A DNA stretch of 64,000 bases, taken from the NCBI RefSeq assembly GCF_031424035.1, contig NZ_JANPGP010000070.1:65482-129481 (forward strand), written 5' to 3'. The DNA is from Novosphingobium sp. (GTDB lineage Bacteria > Pseudomonadota > Alphaproteobacteria > Sphingomonadales > Sphingomonadaceae). Numbering within the stretch: position 1 is the stretch's first letter; each line of letters begins with the position of its first letter. The notes under the pieces were generated by a model, which did not search any database, was not told the origin of the DNA, and was given only the letters and a program-made list of their open reading frames with translations. Below, one piece after another: positions 1-9,067 of this stretch. Position numbers and translations under genes: made by a program.

Positions 1-345
1 ATCTCGGCATCGGGCATCGGCGGTCAGGCCGGTGAACTTGAATGGGGCTTTATCGGCGCGTGGAGCAGCTCAGCCGTCTGGCCGCTGGTCATGATCGGCG
101 TGACGCTGACGATCATCTCGGTGATCGCGATCATCATTCTGCTCGACCCGCGCGAGAACGCCTATTGCGTGCCACTGGAGCGCGCGGCGAGCCTTGTTGC
201 CGGAGTAGGCGGAACGATCCTGCTGGCCTGGTTTTTCGGAGCAAAGATGCCGCGCGGGGCCGAACTGGTGGGCGCTGCGATCCTGATCGGGGCGATCGTC
301 CTGCTATCGCTCGCGCCGCGCCTGTCACGCAATAAGCCCGCATGA
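1..345 (+). CDS. Partial (5'-truncated) multi-pass membrane protein, possibly DMT/EamA-like
   Basis: Frame 1 is open from base 1 (ISASGIGGQAGELEWGFIGAW...MIGVTLTIISVIAIIILL...). Several hydrophobic helices. The stop overlaps the next ATG (ATGA, 342-345). Confidence 0.6.
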   Translation: MSASGIGGQAGELEWGFIGAWSSSAVWPLVMIGVTLTIISVIAIIILLDPRENAYCVPLERAASLVAGVGGTILLAWFFGAKMPRGAELVGAAILIGAIVLLSLAPRLSRNKPA

Positions 346-1703
346 CTCTCAGCGGGCAGATTTGCGACACCATTGCCCGTCTGCAATGGGAGGACTTGCC
401 CGCCTCGACCCGGCGCTCCGCGTGTCACGTTTTGCTTGATGCGAGCGGCGTGATCCTCGGCGCCAGCGGCCTGTCCGAAGAAGTGCGTCCATTCCTTGCC
501 TTGGCCAAGGCATCGGGCACCGGGCCGAGCACAGTGTTGGGGACGGGCCTGCGCGTTCCGCCTGCCGCCGCCGCACTTGCCAGCGGCGCAATGTCGCACG
601 CGCTGGATTATGAAGACGCCTTCGACATTCGCCCTGGACATCCCAATGCCAGTCTGGTGCCGGCGCTGATCGCGCTGGCCCAATCGGAAGGCCCAATTGA
701 TGGCCCGCGCTTCCTCACCGCTCTGGCTGCGGGCTGCGATTTCGCCTGTCGGATCGGTGTGGCGCAGCGGCAAGCCATGGAGGTGGGCGGCTGGTATCCG
801 CCGCCCATCGTCGCCGGATTGGGCGCGGCGGTGGGGGCGGCCAAGCTGCTTGGGCTGGACGGCACCGGCATTCGCGACGCGCTCTCGCTGGCGCTGTGCC
901 AGGTGACGATGCCCGGCGAAATCAAGCACAGCCCCGGCACGGTCATCCGCGCCGTGCGGGAGAGTTTCCCGGCGCAGGCGGCGGTGACTTCGGCGCTGCT
1001 CGCCCGCGAAGGCGTTGCGGGATTTGAGGAGCCGCTGGAGGGCAAGGACGGCTTCTTTGCGCTCTATGCGGGCGGCAATTTTGACAGCGCCGACTTGACC
1101 GAATGTCTCGGTAGCCGCTTCTGGATCGACCACCTGACGTTCAAGGCCTGGCCGAGTTGCCGGGGCACGCATCCATTCATCGAAATGGCGCTTGGCCTGC
1201 ACGAACGGCACGGCATCGATCCGGCCCGGATCGCGCGGATCACGGTCACTTGCGACGAAATCCAGCGCATGTTGATTGAACCGGCCGGTCGCAAACAGGC
1301 TCCCGGTGTGCTCATCGACGCCAAGTTCTCGATCCAGTTCTGCACTGCGTTGGCGCTGGTTCGCGGCAGGGTGGGCCTAGATAGCTTCACCCCCGCCGTG
1401 CTGGCTGATGCGGCCGTTCTGGCGGTAGCATCGAAAGTTCAGGCGCAAGTCGACACGGCATCGACCTGCCACCCCGGATCGGGCGGGGCAATCGAGATAG
1501 AGATGATGGACGGCACAGCTTACCGAGCCGATGTCCATAACGCTAGGGGTTGTCCCGAAAACCCGCTGAGCGAAGCGGACCTTGTCGCCAAGTTCGTTGA
1601 CTGCGCGGCGCGCGCGCAGGTGCCGCCCAGCGACCCGCAGCAACTGGCGCGGGCCATCCTTGCGCTGGCCGATTGCGAGGACGTTGGCGCGCTGTTCGCC
1701 TAA
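342..1703 (+). CDS. MmgE/PrpD family protein
   Basis: 453 aa with family-typical segments SHALDYEDAF...GHP, FKAWPSCRGTHP, AKFSIQF and ARGCPENPLS...KF. Confidence 0.9.
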   Translation: MTLSGQICDTIARLQWEDLPASTRRSACHVLLDASGVILGASGLSEEVRPFLALAKASGTGPSTVLGTGLRVPPAAAALASGAMSHALDYEDAFDIRPGHPNASLVPALIALAQSEGPIDGPRFLTALAAGCDFACRIGVAQRQAMEVGGWYPPPIVAGLGAAVGAAKLLGLDGTGIRDALSLALCQVTMPGEIKHSPGTVIRAVRESFPAQAAVTSALLAREGVAGFEEPLEGKDGFFALYAGGNFDSADLTECLGSRFWIDHLTFKAWPSCRGTHPFIEMALGLHERHGIDPARIARITVTCDEIQRMLIEPAGRKQAPGVLIDAKFSIQFCTALALVRGRVGLDSFTPAVLADAAVLAVASKVQAQVDTASTCHPGSGGAIEIEMMDGTAYRADVHNARGCPENPLSEADLVAKFVDCAARAQVPPSDPQQLARAILALADCEDVGALFA

Positions 1704-2470
1704 AATTCGGCACTGATTTCCGCGCGGCGCTGGGACTGTCCGGGGAGCGTATCGGCATCGGGAAGGTCTGCTGGTTTGGCGCCGGTCTTCGCACGGGTCT
1801 CGACGACAATGCCGGGGATCAGCCGACGCAGCGATTCCGCGACGATCTCCGCGCGTTCGCGGGCGACCTCGGGCCGCTCGGCCAGCGTCATGCCCGAAAC
1901 GCTTTCCGGATCGGTCGCCGCATAGCCGGTCACAACGACCTTCGCCGGTTTCGCAGCGATGATCCACTGCGCGGCATTGTCGAGCAGGAAGTCGCTGTAC
2001 TGATAGACCACGAAGGCGCGGTCGAATTCGAAGAACACCGGGAATGTGCGCGCCGCAAAAGGCCCGGCGGGCGGTTTGCGCGGCACGGAAAGCGGGGTCA
2101 GGTTGCGTGCCGGAAGCACGAACTTTCGCCCCGGGTGACCTTCCGCCGGAAGCATGTGCCGCTGGCAGGGCTCGCTCAGGATCGAGGTGCGCACCGGATT
2201 AAGCACGGTGGAACCACACGGCGCGGTGCTATCCGCAGTGACTCGGCCTTCGACCAGCACGGCGCGGTTCCAGTCGGGCTTGTGCGGCGATTGGCTCACG
2301 TCATAGCGCCTGCCCGACGCGCGCTCGTCAGCCAGCCAGCAGCCCGATTTCTTGCCGCTGTCGGCGTCGCGATACACTGGGCACGAGACGAAGCGGACAT
2401 AGTCGCCCGTCTCGGCGGCGAAAGCGGATAGCGGCGCGGCTAGCGCGACCAAGGAGGCAAGGGTTTTCAC
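1700..2470 (-). CDS. Secreted protein with Cys-containing N-terminal domain and OmpA-like C-terminal domain
   Basis: Signal peptide MKTLASLVALAAPLSAFAA. C-terminal VFFEFD...VVVTGYA...ARERAEIVAESL...RRAEI resembles the OmpA_C peptidoglycan-binding fold. GTGA overlap with the upstream gene. Confidence 0.65.
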   Translation of the reverse strand: MKTLASLVALAAPLSAFAAETGDYVRFVSCPVYRDADSGKKSGCWLADERASGRRYDVSQSPHKPDWNRAVLVEGRVTADSTAPCGSTVLNPVRTSILSEPCQRHMLPAEGHPGRKFVLPARNLTPLSVPRKPPAGPFAARTFPVFFEFDRAFVVYQYSDFLLDNAAQWIIAAKPAKVVVTGYAATDPESVSGMTLAERPEVARERAEIVAESLRRLIPGIVVETRAKTGAKPADLPDADTLPGQSQRRAEISAEF

Positions 2471-3957
2471 AGCACGCTCATCAAGTTGACCAGATCCTGC
2501 TTCTCCCGCTCGGTGTAACCGATGTTGTAGCGCCGTTCGTAATAGTCGACGACGGCGCGCAGGTCCCTGGCAAGTCCGTTGGAGAAATAGGGCGCGCGGG
2601 CGGCAAGGCCGCGCATCGATTGCAGGGTGATCTTGCCGGCATCGGCGCAGCGCCCGGTGGTCAGGGCAAAGCCGGGATCATAGGTGTAGAAGGTGCGGCC
2701 GTAGAACGGATGCGGCGTCTTCAGGCAGGTGATGCGGAACAGCGGCAAGTCGTCGAACGGATCGGCATAGGGCAGGGTGGTCGTGCCCAGATCGACCTGA
2801 CCCGGCGCGACGTCATTCCCCATCTGCGCCATGTTGTGGCAGAACACACAGGAATTGCGCACGGGATTGCCGAAACCCACCGGAGAATTGATCCCCGAGC
2901 TGTCGGTGATCAGGAAGGTCTTGTCGCGGAAAGTCCGCGCGCCGCGGGCTACGGATTGCCGGAAGGCAAGCTGCTCCGGCGTGAGCTTGGCAGCGTCATC
3001 TGGCGAAATTTTCTCCCACGCGGCATATTCGCTCCACACCGGCGTGCCGATCGAGCCAAGGGCGCCGGGTTCGCTGTCGCGCAGCTTGGCGGGGCCGCCG
3101 GTCGCTCCGCCGCTGTCTAGCGCGCCGCCCTGCTTGCTGACCTGCTGCGCGGTGTAGAGCCGCATCTCGAAGTCAGTAATCCGGGTGATCTGTGCCGGGG
3201 TCAGGCGCCTGGCGAATTCGAGGTGCGTGCTCGACGCATCCTCCATCTGCTCGCGCAGGTTCCGCGCGCGGTTGTCTGCCATCAGGTTGCCCGATTGCAT
3301 CGCGCCGCTGTCTGGATCGCGCGGCAGGGCAATGCCCTGCTTCGGGTCATAGGCGAAGCCCACGGCGAGCAGGTACTTGAAGTTCGAGACTGGGCGCGGA
3401 CGGCGGTAGACCGAGATATTGCCCGCCTTCGGGCCGTATTTTTCGCCGCTGTTGCAGCCGTTGGGATCGCGAACAACTTCTATGGCGAAGTCCGGCGTCA
3501 CTGGCTTGCCTTGCCATTCGCGGACCGGCCAAGGGCGCTGCACGCGGATCAGACCGCGATCCAGCAGCAGCGAGTGCGAAGCCTTCTCGGACTGCGGCAG
3601 GCTGGGGCAATTGGAGCCGTCTGACGCGGCGAACAATGGGTCGCGGCCCTTGGTTTCATCCCAGCGTTGCCGCGCGGTTGCGGCGGAAAGGCTCGTGCCG
3701 TCAGCGGGTTGGTGGCAGGTTACGCAGGCCCGTCCATTGGGGCCGATGGGTTCGAAAAACGGGTGGCCCTTGGTCGGCAAAGGCCCACCGACGAGCAGGC
3801 TGCGCTGCGTGCCATGTTCGTTTGCATAGTCGAGCGTGGCCGGAAAACTGCGGCCTTCACCGGGGGACCACCAGCGCGGCGGGGGTGCCTTTTGCGCGGC
3901 GGCAAGAACCAGCAGCGCGGCGGCGGCGAGGATGGGGCGATAGCGGATAAGGTTCAT
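2467..3957 (-). CDS. Secreted diheme c-type cytochrome, bCcP/MauG superfamily
   Basis: Signal peptide, two CXXCH motifs (CVTCH, CVFCH), and C-terminal SMRGLAARAPYFSNG...LRAVVDYY...EKQDLVNLM resembling the bCcP/MauG C-terminal motif. Confidence 0.75.
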   Translation of the reverse strand: MNLIRYRPILAAAALLVLAAAQKAPPPRWWSPGEGRSFPATLDYANEHGTQRSLLVGGPLPTKGHPFFEPIGPNGRACVTCHQPADGTSLSAATARQRWDETKGRDPLFAASDGSNCPSLPQSEKASHSLLLDRGLIRVQRPWPVREWQGKPVTPDFAIEVVRDPNGCNSGEKYGPKAGNISVYRRPRPVSNFKYLLAVGFAYDPKQGIALPRDPDSGAMQSGNLMADNRARNLREQMEDASSTHLEFARRLTPAQITRITDFEMRLYTAQQVSKQGGALDSGGATGGPAKLRDSEPGALGSIGTPVWSEYAAWEKISPDDAAKLTPEQLAFRQSVARGARTFRDKTFLITDSSGINSPVGFGNPVRNSCVFCHNMAQMGNDVAPGQVDLGTTTLPYADPFDDLPLFRITCLKTPHPFYGRTFYTYDPGFALTTGRCADAGKITLQSMRGLAARAPYFSNGLARDLRAVVDYYERRYNIGYTEREKQDLVNLMSVL

Positions 3958-5120
3958 GCGGTTTGCATCCGGGTCCAGCTCGCGGCCATCGCGGCGGCGA
4001 GCGAAAGTAGCGTCATCACGGTGAGTACGATGCCAAGCCTAAGCGTATCGGCCGCGCCTATCATGCTGCTTGCAAGCGCACTGCCCCCCATCTGCAAGGC
4101 ACCTGCAAGGCTGGTGGCCGTGCCTTCAAGGCCGGGGCGCGATTGCATGATGCGGCTGATGGTCGATGGCCCGAGAACTCCGGTGCCGAAACCCATCAAG
4201 ACCATCGGCAAGAAGAACGCGGCGAGGCTGTGGGCGCCCGCCAGCGCTCCGGCCAACAAGAGGACGGCACCACTCGCCACCAATGCAGCTCCGACGATCG
4301 CGCCATTGGTCTGGCGGTTGATGGTGCCGACGAATTTTGTGCCGACGATCCCTGCGGCGGCGATACCGAGCAGGAACAGGCCGGTGTCGCGCGGGCCGAT
4401 GCCGTGCTGGCTGGCGAGGATGAAGGGCGTCGCGGCCAGAAAAGCATAGAGCGACGAACTCGCCAGCATCATGGCCAGCGCATTGCCGGTGAAGCGCGGG
4501 TTGGCAATCAGCATGGACCAGGCATGGGCGAGATTGCGTGCCGGCGCGGCCGCGCGGCGCGGGCTTTCCGCCAGCCGCAGCTGGACGAACATCGCTGCAG
4601 CAAGGCCGGTCAAAACCAGCAGTACGAAGATCGAGCGCCAGCCGGCCAGTTCGGTCATCGACCCGCCAATTACAGGCGCTATGGCCGGGGAAAGCAGCAC
4701 AACCGACATCAAGGTCGCCTGCCGTGTCGCGGCTTCCTCAGGCGGGAAAATGTCGCTGACCATGACCCGGGCGGTGACGATCCCCGTTGCGCCGCCGAGC
4801 GCCTGTAACAGCCTCGCTGCCAGCAGCCATGTCAGGCTGTGAACCGCCAAGGCAGCCGCGCTGCCGATCACGAAAAGCCCCAGTCCGCCCAGCATGACCG
4901 GGCGGCGGCCGTACTTGTCCGCCATTGGTCCGGCGAACAATTGCCCGCCGGCGAGACCCAGCAAATAGATCCCGATCACCCGCTGCGCTGCCACGGTCGA
5001 TGCGCCAAATTCCGCGGCAATCGGGGGCAGGGCGGGAACAACCAGCTGCGTCGCCAGCGAACCCAGCGCCGCAATAGCCGCCAGTGTCAGGATGATGGCA
5101 TTCCCGCCCTTGGCCTTCAC
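3954..5120 (-). CDS. Bcr/CflA-type (DHA1) MFS efflux transporter
   Basis: GTG start at 5120 overlaps the upstream stop (GTGA), giving 388 aa. PALPPIAAEFG and GPMADKYGRRPV (MFS motif A). The 604-aa ORF in the track is over-extended. Confidence 0.85.
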   Translation of the reverse strand: MKAKGGNAIILTLAAIAALGSLATQLVVPALPPIAAEFGASTVAAQRVIGIYLLGLAGGQLFAGPMADKYGRRPVMLGGLGLFVIGSAAALAVHSLTWLLAARLLQALGGATGIVTARVMVSDIFPPEEAATRQATLMSVVLLSPAIAPVIGGSMTELAGWRSIFVLLVLTGLAAAMFVQLRLAESPRRAAAPARNLAHAWSMLIANPRFTGNALAMMLASSSLYAFLAATPFILASQHGIGPRDTGLFLLGIAAAGIVGTKFVGTINRQTNGAIVGAALVASGAVLLLAGALAGAHSLAAFFLPMVLMGFGTGVLGPSTISRIMQSRPGLEGTATSLAGALQMGGSALASSMIGAADTLRLGIVLTVMTLLSLAAAMAASWTRMQTA

Positions 5121-6424
5121 GCCATCACTCCCTTGCCGCGCATCCGGCGACGGGTGACGAGGCAGAGCATCACGTTTATCACGGCGATCCCGGTCAGCAG
5201 CAGGGTCGGCGGCAGAAACGATCCGGTGCTTTCCCGCAGGAAGCCCATCAGCGGCGGGATGGTTGCCCCGGCGAGCGAGCCGAGCATGTTGATCATCACC
5301 ACGCCCATGGCCATCGACCGGGGATTGAGCATCTTCATCGGGATCGCCCAGAAGGCGGCAACAGTGCAGCCGGTGCAGGCTCCGCCCAGCACCAGCATGG
5401 CGAGCCCGGGCAGGCCGGAGCCGAGCAGGAAGGCCGCAAGTAGTCCCAGCCCGCCAACCATGGCCGGCACGGCGATATGCATGAAACGCTCGCCGGTCCT
5501 GTCCGAATGGCGCGCGTTGAGCAGCAGGCCGATGGCGCTGGCCGCGTGCGGCAGAGCTACGATGAACCCAACCTGCGTCGAGGTCAGTCCGGACATGCCC
5601 TTCACGATGGTCGGCAGCCAGAACATGATGCCGTAATTGCTCGCCAGGATGCAGAACCAGATCAGTGAGCACAGCCAGCCGTCGAGGCTTTTCAGCGCGT
5701 CCCAGCGGCCTTCGCGGCTGCCATCGGGCGCTGCCTTGGCCTCGGCGCGGATGTTGTTGGCCATCCATGTGCGCTCGCTGTCGCTCAGCCAGCGCGCCTG
5801 CGATGGCCGGTCGGGGAAATAGAACCAGGCGAAGAACGCGAGCGCGACTGCGGGCAGGGCCTCGACCAGAAACATGAACCGCCAGCCGGCGATCCCCAGC
5901 GGATTATCAATATCGAGCAACCAGCCCGAAATCGGCGCGCCAAAGACCTGCGCAACGTTGATCGACATGATCGGCAGGGCAAGGATCGTCGCCCGCCAGC
6001 GCTCCGGCGCCCAGTGGGCAAGGTAGAGCATCAGGCCCGACGAAAGCCCGCCCTCGGCAAAGCCGATCAGCACGCGCAGGATGTACAGCTCCAGCTGGCT
6101 ATCGATGGCGGCAAGGCTGCAGGCGGCGATGCCCCAGGCGAAGGTAATGATCGCCAGCCAGCGCCGGAATCCGATCGCTTCGTACAGCAGCACGCTGGGA
6201 TACTTGGCGAGGAAATAGCCGACAAACAGCACGCCGGCACCAAAGCCGAACTGCGTGCCTGACAGGCCAAGATCGGCGTTCATCTCCAGCGCGGCAAAGC
6301 CGACATTTGCCCGGTCTATGGCTCCTATCAGGGTGAAAAGCGCGCAGGGCAGCACTAGCCGTTTCACAACCTTACGGCCAAGTTCCTCTTCCAGCTGGCC
6401 GCTCAATTCCAGACTCCCATTCAA
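5117..6424 (-). CDS. MFS transporter, anion:cation symporter (tartrate/phthalate/4-HPA permease-like) family
   Basis: IDRANVGFAALEMNADLGLS, LRVLIGFAEGG, GWRFMFLVEALP, HSDRTGER. Confidence 0.88.
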   Translation of the reverse strand: MNGSLELSGQLEEELGRKVVKRLVLPCALFTLIGAIDRANVGFAALEMNADLGLSGTQFGFGAGVLFVGYFLAKYPSVLLYEAIGFRRWLAIITFAWGIAACSLAAIDSQLELYILRVLIGFAEGGLSSGLMLYLAHWAPERWRATILALPIMSINVAQVFGAPISGWLLDIDNPLGIAGWRFMFLVEALPAVALAFFAWFYFPDRPSQARWLSDSERTWMANNIRAEAKAAPDGSREGRWDALKSLDGWLCSLIWFCILASNYGIMFWLPTIVKGMSGLTSTQVGFIVALPHAASAIGLLLNARHSDRTGERFMHIAVPAMVGGLGLLAAFLLGSGLPGLAMLVLGGACTGCTVAAFWAIPMKMLNPRSMAMGVVMINMLGSLAGATIPPLMGFLRESTGSFLPPTLLLTGIAVINVMLCLVTRRRMRGKGVMA

Positions 6425-6474
6425 ACCTGACGCTTATGATAGCGCTTGCATAGCGCCCCGTCGATACCTATGCG

Positions 6475-7665
6475 ATGGCTATGTCACATAGCCTGAACGA
6501 TTTCGATTCCGAAGCGACGGAAGACTTCGACAGCGGCCATGCCGAATTTGCCCGGCTGCGGCGGGAATGCCCGGTTGCGCATAGTGAAGGGCTCGGCGGC
6601 TTCTGGGCCCTGACGCGCTATGACGACGTCCGCCGCGCGGCAAGCGATCCGGCGACTTTCATTACCTCGGTGCAGAATGTCGTGCCCAAGGTGGCCTTTA
6701 CCGGCCGCCGGCCGCCGCTGCACCTCGATCCGCCTGAGCACACGCCTTATCGTCGCACGCTCAATCCGCTGCTGTCGCCCGATCGCGCCGCAAAGTTCGA
6801 GCCTTACGCCCGGCAATGCGCGCGCGACCTGCTGGCGCCGATGATCGCGCGCGGGTATGGCGACATTTGCGGCGAATTCGCCAGTTTCCTGCCGGTGCGA
6901 GTGTTTGGCGAATGGATGAACGTGCCTGAGCACTGGGTTGAGCCGCTCCACCAGTCTGGCCGCGCCTTCATTCTTGCGGTGAACCTTAACCAGCCCGAGC
7001 AGATGAAGGCGACCAGTCTCAAGCTGTATGAAATGGCGCGCGAACTTCTGCAATTGCGCAAGGCCGAGCCGCTCGATCCGGAAAGCGACATTACTTCCGC
7101 ACTGCTGGCCTCACTGGAACGCGGCGAGGACATGACCGAAGACCTCATCGTCGGCATGGTCAGGCAGGTGCTGGTCGTGGGCATCGTCGCGCCGACCGTG
7201 TTCATGGGATCGATGGCGGTACACCTGTCGCGTCACCCTGATCTGCAGGTCCAATTGCGCGCCGATCGCAGCCTCGTGCCGGCTGCGGTGGAGGAATTCC
7301 TGCGTCTCTACACCCCCTATCGAGGCTTTGCCCGCACGGCGAAATGCCCGGTCGAATTCGGCGGGCGCACGATTCCTGAAGGGGAAGGGATTGCGCTGGT
7401 CTATGCCTCGGCCAACCGCGACGAAGCCGTTTTCGAGAATGCGGAAGAGTTCATCCTCAACCGCGCCAATATCGCCGATCACATGGCCTTCGGGCGCGGG
7501 CCGCACAATTGCCCGGGCGTGCACCTTGGGCGGATGCAGGTGCGGGTCATGCTCGACGAATTGCTGGCCATGACCTCGCATTTCGAGATCGACGGGCCGG
7601 TCGCACCGGCACGCTGGCCGGAAATCGGCGCGATTTCCGTGCCACTGAAGTTGGTCGCAGCCTGA
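6475..7665 (+). CDS. Cytochrome P450 with atypical I-helix
   Basis: DPPEHTPYRR, EXXR (EFLR), ASANRD and heme motif FGRGPHNCPG. The I-helix reads VVGIVAPT rather than AGxETT. Confidence 0.93.
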   Translation: MAMSHSLNDFDSEATEDFDSGHAEFARLRRECPVAHSEGLGGFWALTRYDDVRRAASDPATFITSVQNVVPKVAFTGRRPPLHLDPPEHTPYRRTLNPLLSPDRAAKFEPYARQCARDLLAPMIARGYGDICGEFASFLPVRVFGEWMNVPEHWVEPLHQSGRAFILAVNLNQPEQMKATSLKLYEMARELLQLRKAEPLDPESDITSALLASLERGEDMTEDLIVGMVRQVLVVGIVAPTVFMGSMAVHLSRHPDLQVQLRADRSLVPAAVEEFLRLYTPYRGFARTAKCPVEFGGRTIPEGEGIALVYASANRDEAVFENAEEFILNRANIADHMAFGRGPHNCPGVHLGRMQVRVMLDELLAMTSHFEIDGPVAPARWPEIGAISVPLKLVAA

Positions 7666-7666
7666 C

Positions 7667-8119
7667 CTAGCGCCAGAGCGCGTTCAGCGCCGGCACCAGA
7701 TGCGGGCGATGCGCGGCGGGAATGCGCCGCAACAGTTCGCTCTCGAAATTGTCAGTCACCACGCGCACTTCCGCCGCCTTTTCGCGGCCCTTGGCGCTCA
7801 GCACGATGGCCATCGACTTGCCGTCGATCCGCACCTTGTCGATGAGCCCCGCGTTCGACAGCCGGTTGAGCAGCGGAACCATGTTGGCCGAACGGATATC
7901 GAGCACGCTGCCGATCGCGCTTGACGTCATATCGTCGCGCCCGTCGATCAGCAGCAGGATCGATGCCTCGGAAATCCGCAGGTCAATTGAATCGAGCCGG
8001 CTGCCCAGTTCGGCCATCATGGCGTTCGCCGCGCGGCGGAGGGCATAGCCCGGAAGATGGGCCAGCGGATCGTCGCTGACTGCCGGAGTATTCGGGTTCC
8101 TGTTCTGCGGCCGTGCCAC
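7667..8119 (-). CDS. ferC: MarR family regulator of hydroxycinnamate catabolism (FerC/FerR-like)
   Basis: GTG at 8119 preceded by GGAG, 150 aa. LPGYALRRA and wHTH segment LLNRLSNAGLI...DGKS...LSAKG. Divergent from ferB. Confidence 0.8.
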   Translation of the reverse strand: MARPQNRNPNTPAVSDDPLAHLPGYALRRAANAMMAELGSRLDSIDLRISEASILLLIDGRDDMTSSAIGSVLDIRSANMVPLLNRLSNAGLIDKVRIDGKSMAIVLSAKGREKAAEVRVVTDNFESELLRRIPAAHRPHLVPALNALWR

Positions 8120-8132
8120 GCGTTGCTCCAGA

Positions 8133-8175
8133 TTGCTATTGCATATAGCTAAATATTGGCTATTGGAGATAGTCA
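8133..8175. promoter_or_regulatory. Tandem palindromic MarR/FerC-type operators
   Basis: GCTAT-tgcat-ATAGC (8135-8149) and GCTAT-tggag-ATAGT (8159-8173) in the AT-rich spacer between divergent ferC and ferB. Confidence 0.7.
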
Positions 8176-8212
8176 AATCCCAGTCCAAATACAGCATAGC
8201 CGGAGAAATGCC

Positions 8213-9046
8213 ATGTCTGAACGTGCCGAAGCCGATACCGTATCGTTTGTCGTGGAGAACCGCATCGCCTGGGTCTCGTTCGCGCGGCCTGAAAAGCGCA
8301 ACTGCATGAGCCCCTCGCTCAACCGGCGGATGCTCGAAGTGCTCGAATCGCTGGAATTCCGCGATGACGTTGGCGTTGTCGTGCTGACAGGTGAGGGCAC
8401 GGCCTTTTCCGCCGGCATGGATCTCAAGGAATATTTCCGCGAGAACGAGGCCAAGGGCCTTGGCGCAATCCGTAAGGCGCAGCGCGAAGCCTATGGCTGG
8501 TGGGAACGCCTGCGCTGGCTGGAAAAGCCGACCATCGCCATGGTCAACGGCTGGTGCTTTGGCGGTGCCTATGGTCCGCTCTATGGCTGCGACCTTGCCG
8601 TGGCGGCTGAGGACGCGCAGTTCGGCCTGTCGGAAATCAACTGGGGCATCCTGCCCGGCGGCGGTGCCAGCAAGATCATCGTCGAGCTGACCGGCTTCCG
8701 CAATGCCATGTACCACGCGATGATGGGTGAGAATATCGACGGCATCAAAGCCGCCGAATGGGGCTTGGTCAACGAAGCGGTTCCCGCTGATCGGCTCAAG
8801 GCGCGGGTCACCGCCATCGCCGAAGTGCTGCTGGCCAAGAATCCTACCGCGCTGCGCGCCACCAAGTGGGCGGTTCGCCGGGTCGGCGAAATGACCTTCG
8901 ACAACTCGATGGACTACCTTGTCCGCGCGCAGGAAGCTGCCAACTTCTTCGATGGCGAAGGCCGCAAGGAAGCAACCAAGCAGTTCATCGACGACAAGAC
9001 GTTCAAGCCGGGCCTCGGCGCTTACGACCTCAACAAGTCGCGCTGA
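8213..9046 (+). CDS. ferB: p-Hydroxycinnamoyl (feruloyl)-CoA hydratase/lyase
   Basis: RPEKRNCMSP, AFSAGMDLKEYFRE, VNGWCFGG, LSEINWGILPGG and C-terminal KQFIDDKTFKPGLGAY typical of Ech/FerB. ATG at 8213 after GGAG. Confidence 0.92.
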   Translation: MSERAEADTVSFVVENRIAWVSFARPEKRNCMSPSLNRRMLEVLESLEFRDDVGVVVLTGEGTAFSAGMDLKEYFRENEAKGLGAIRKAQREAYGWWERLRWLEKPTIAMVNGWCFGGAYGPLYGCDLAVAAEDAQFGLSEINWGILPGGGASKIIVELTGFRNAMYHAMMGENIDGIKAAEWGLVNEAVPADRLKARVTAIAEVLLAKNPTALRATKWAVRRVGEMTFDNSMDYLVRAQEAANFFDGEGRKEATKQFIDDKTFKPGLGAYDLNKSR

Positions 9047-9067
9047 ACAGCGGAGCGGGAGTGTTTG

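Noticed and set aside
5121-5768. N-terminal 216-aa extension of the 604-aa MFS ORF
   Set aside because: It overlaps the upstream MFS gene in another frame and has low-complexity Arg/Ala/Gly composition; the real start is the GTG at 5120
8120-8716. 349-aa version of the MarR ORF suggesting a fusion
   Set aside because: The extension is antisense to ferB and crosses the operator region; a GTG with RBS at 8119 gives a normal 150-aa MarR
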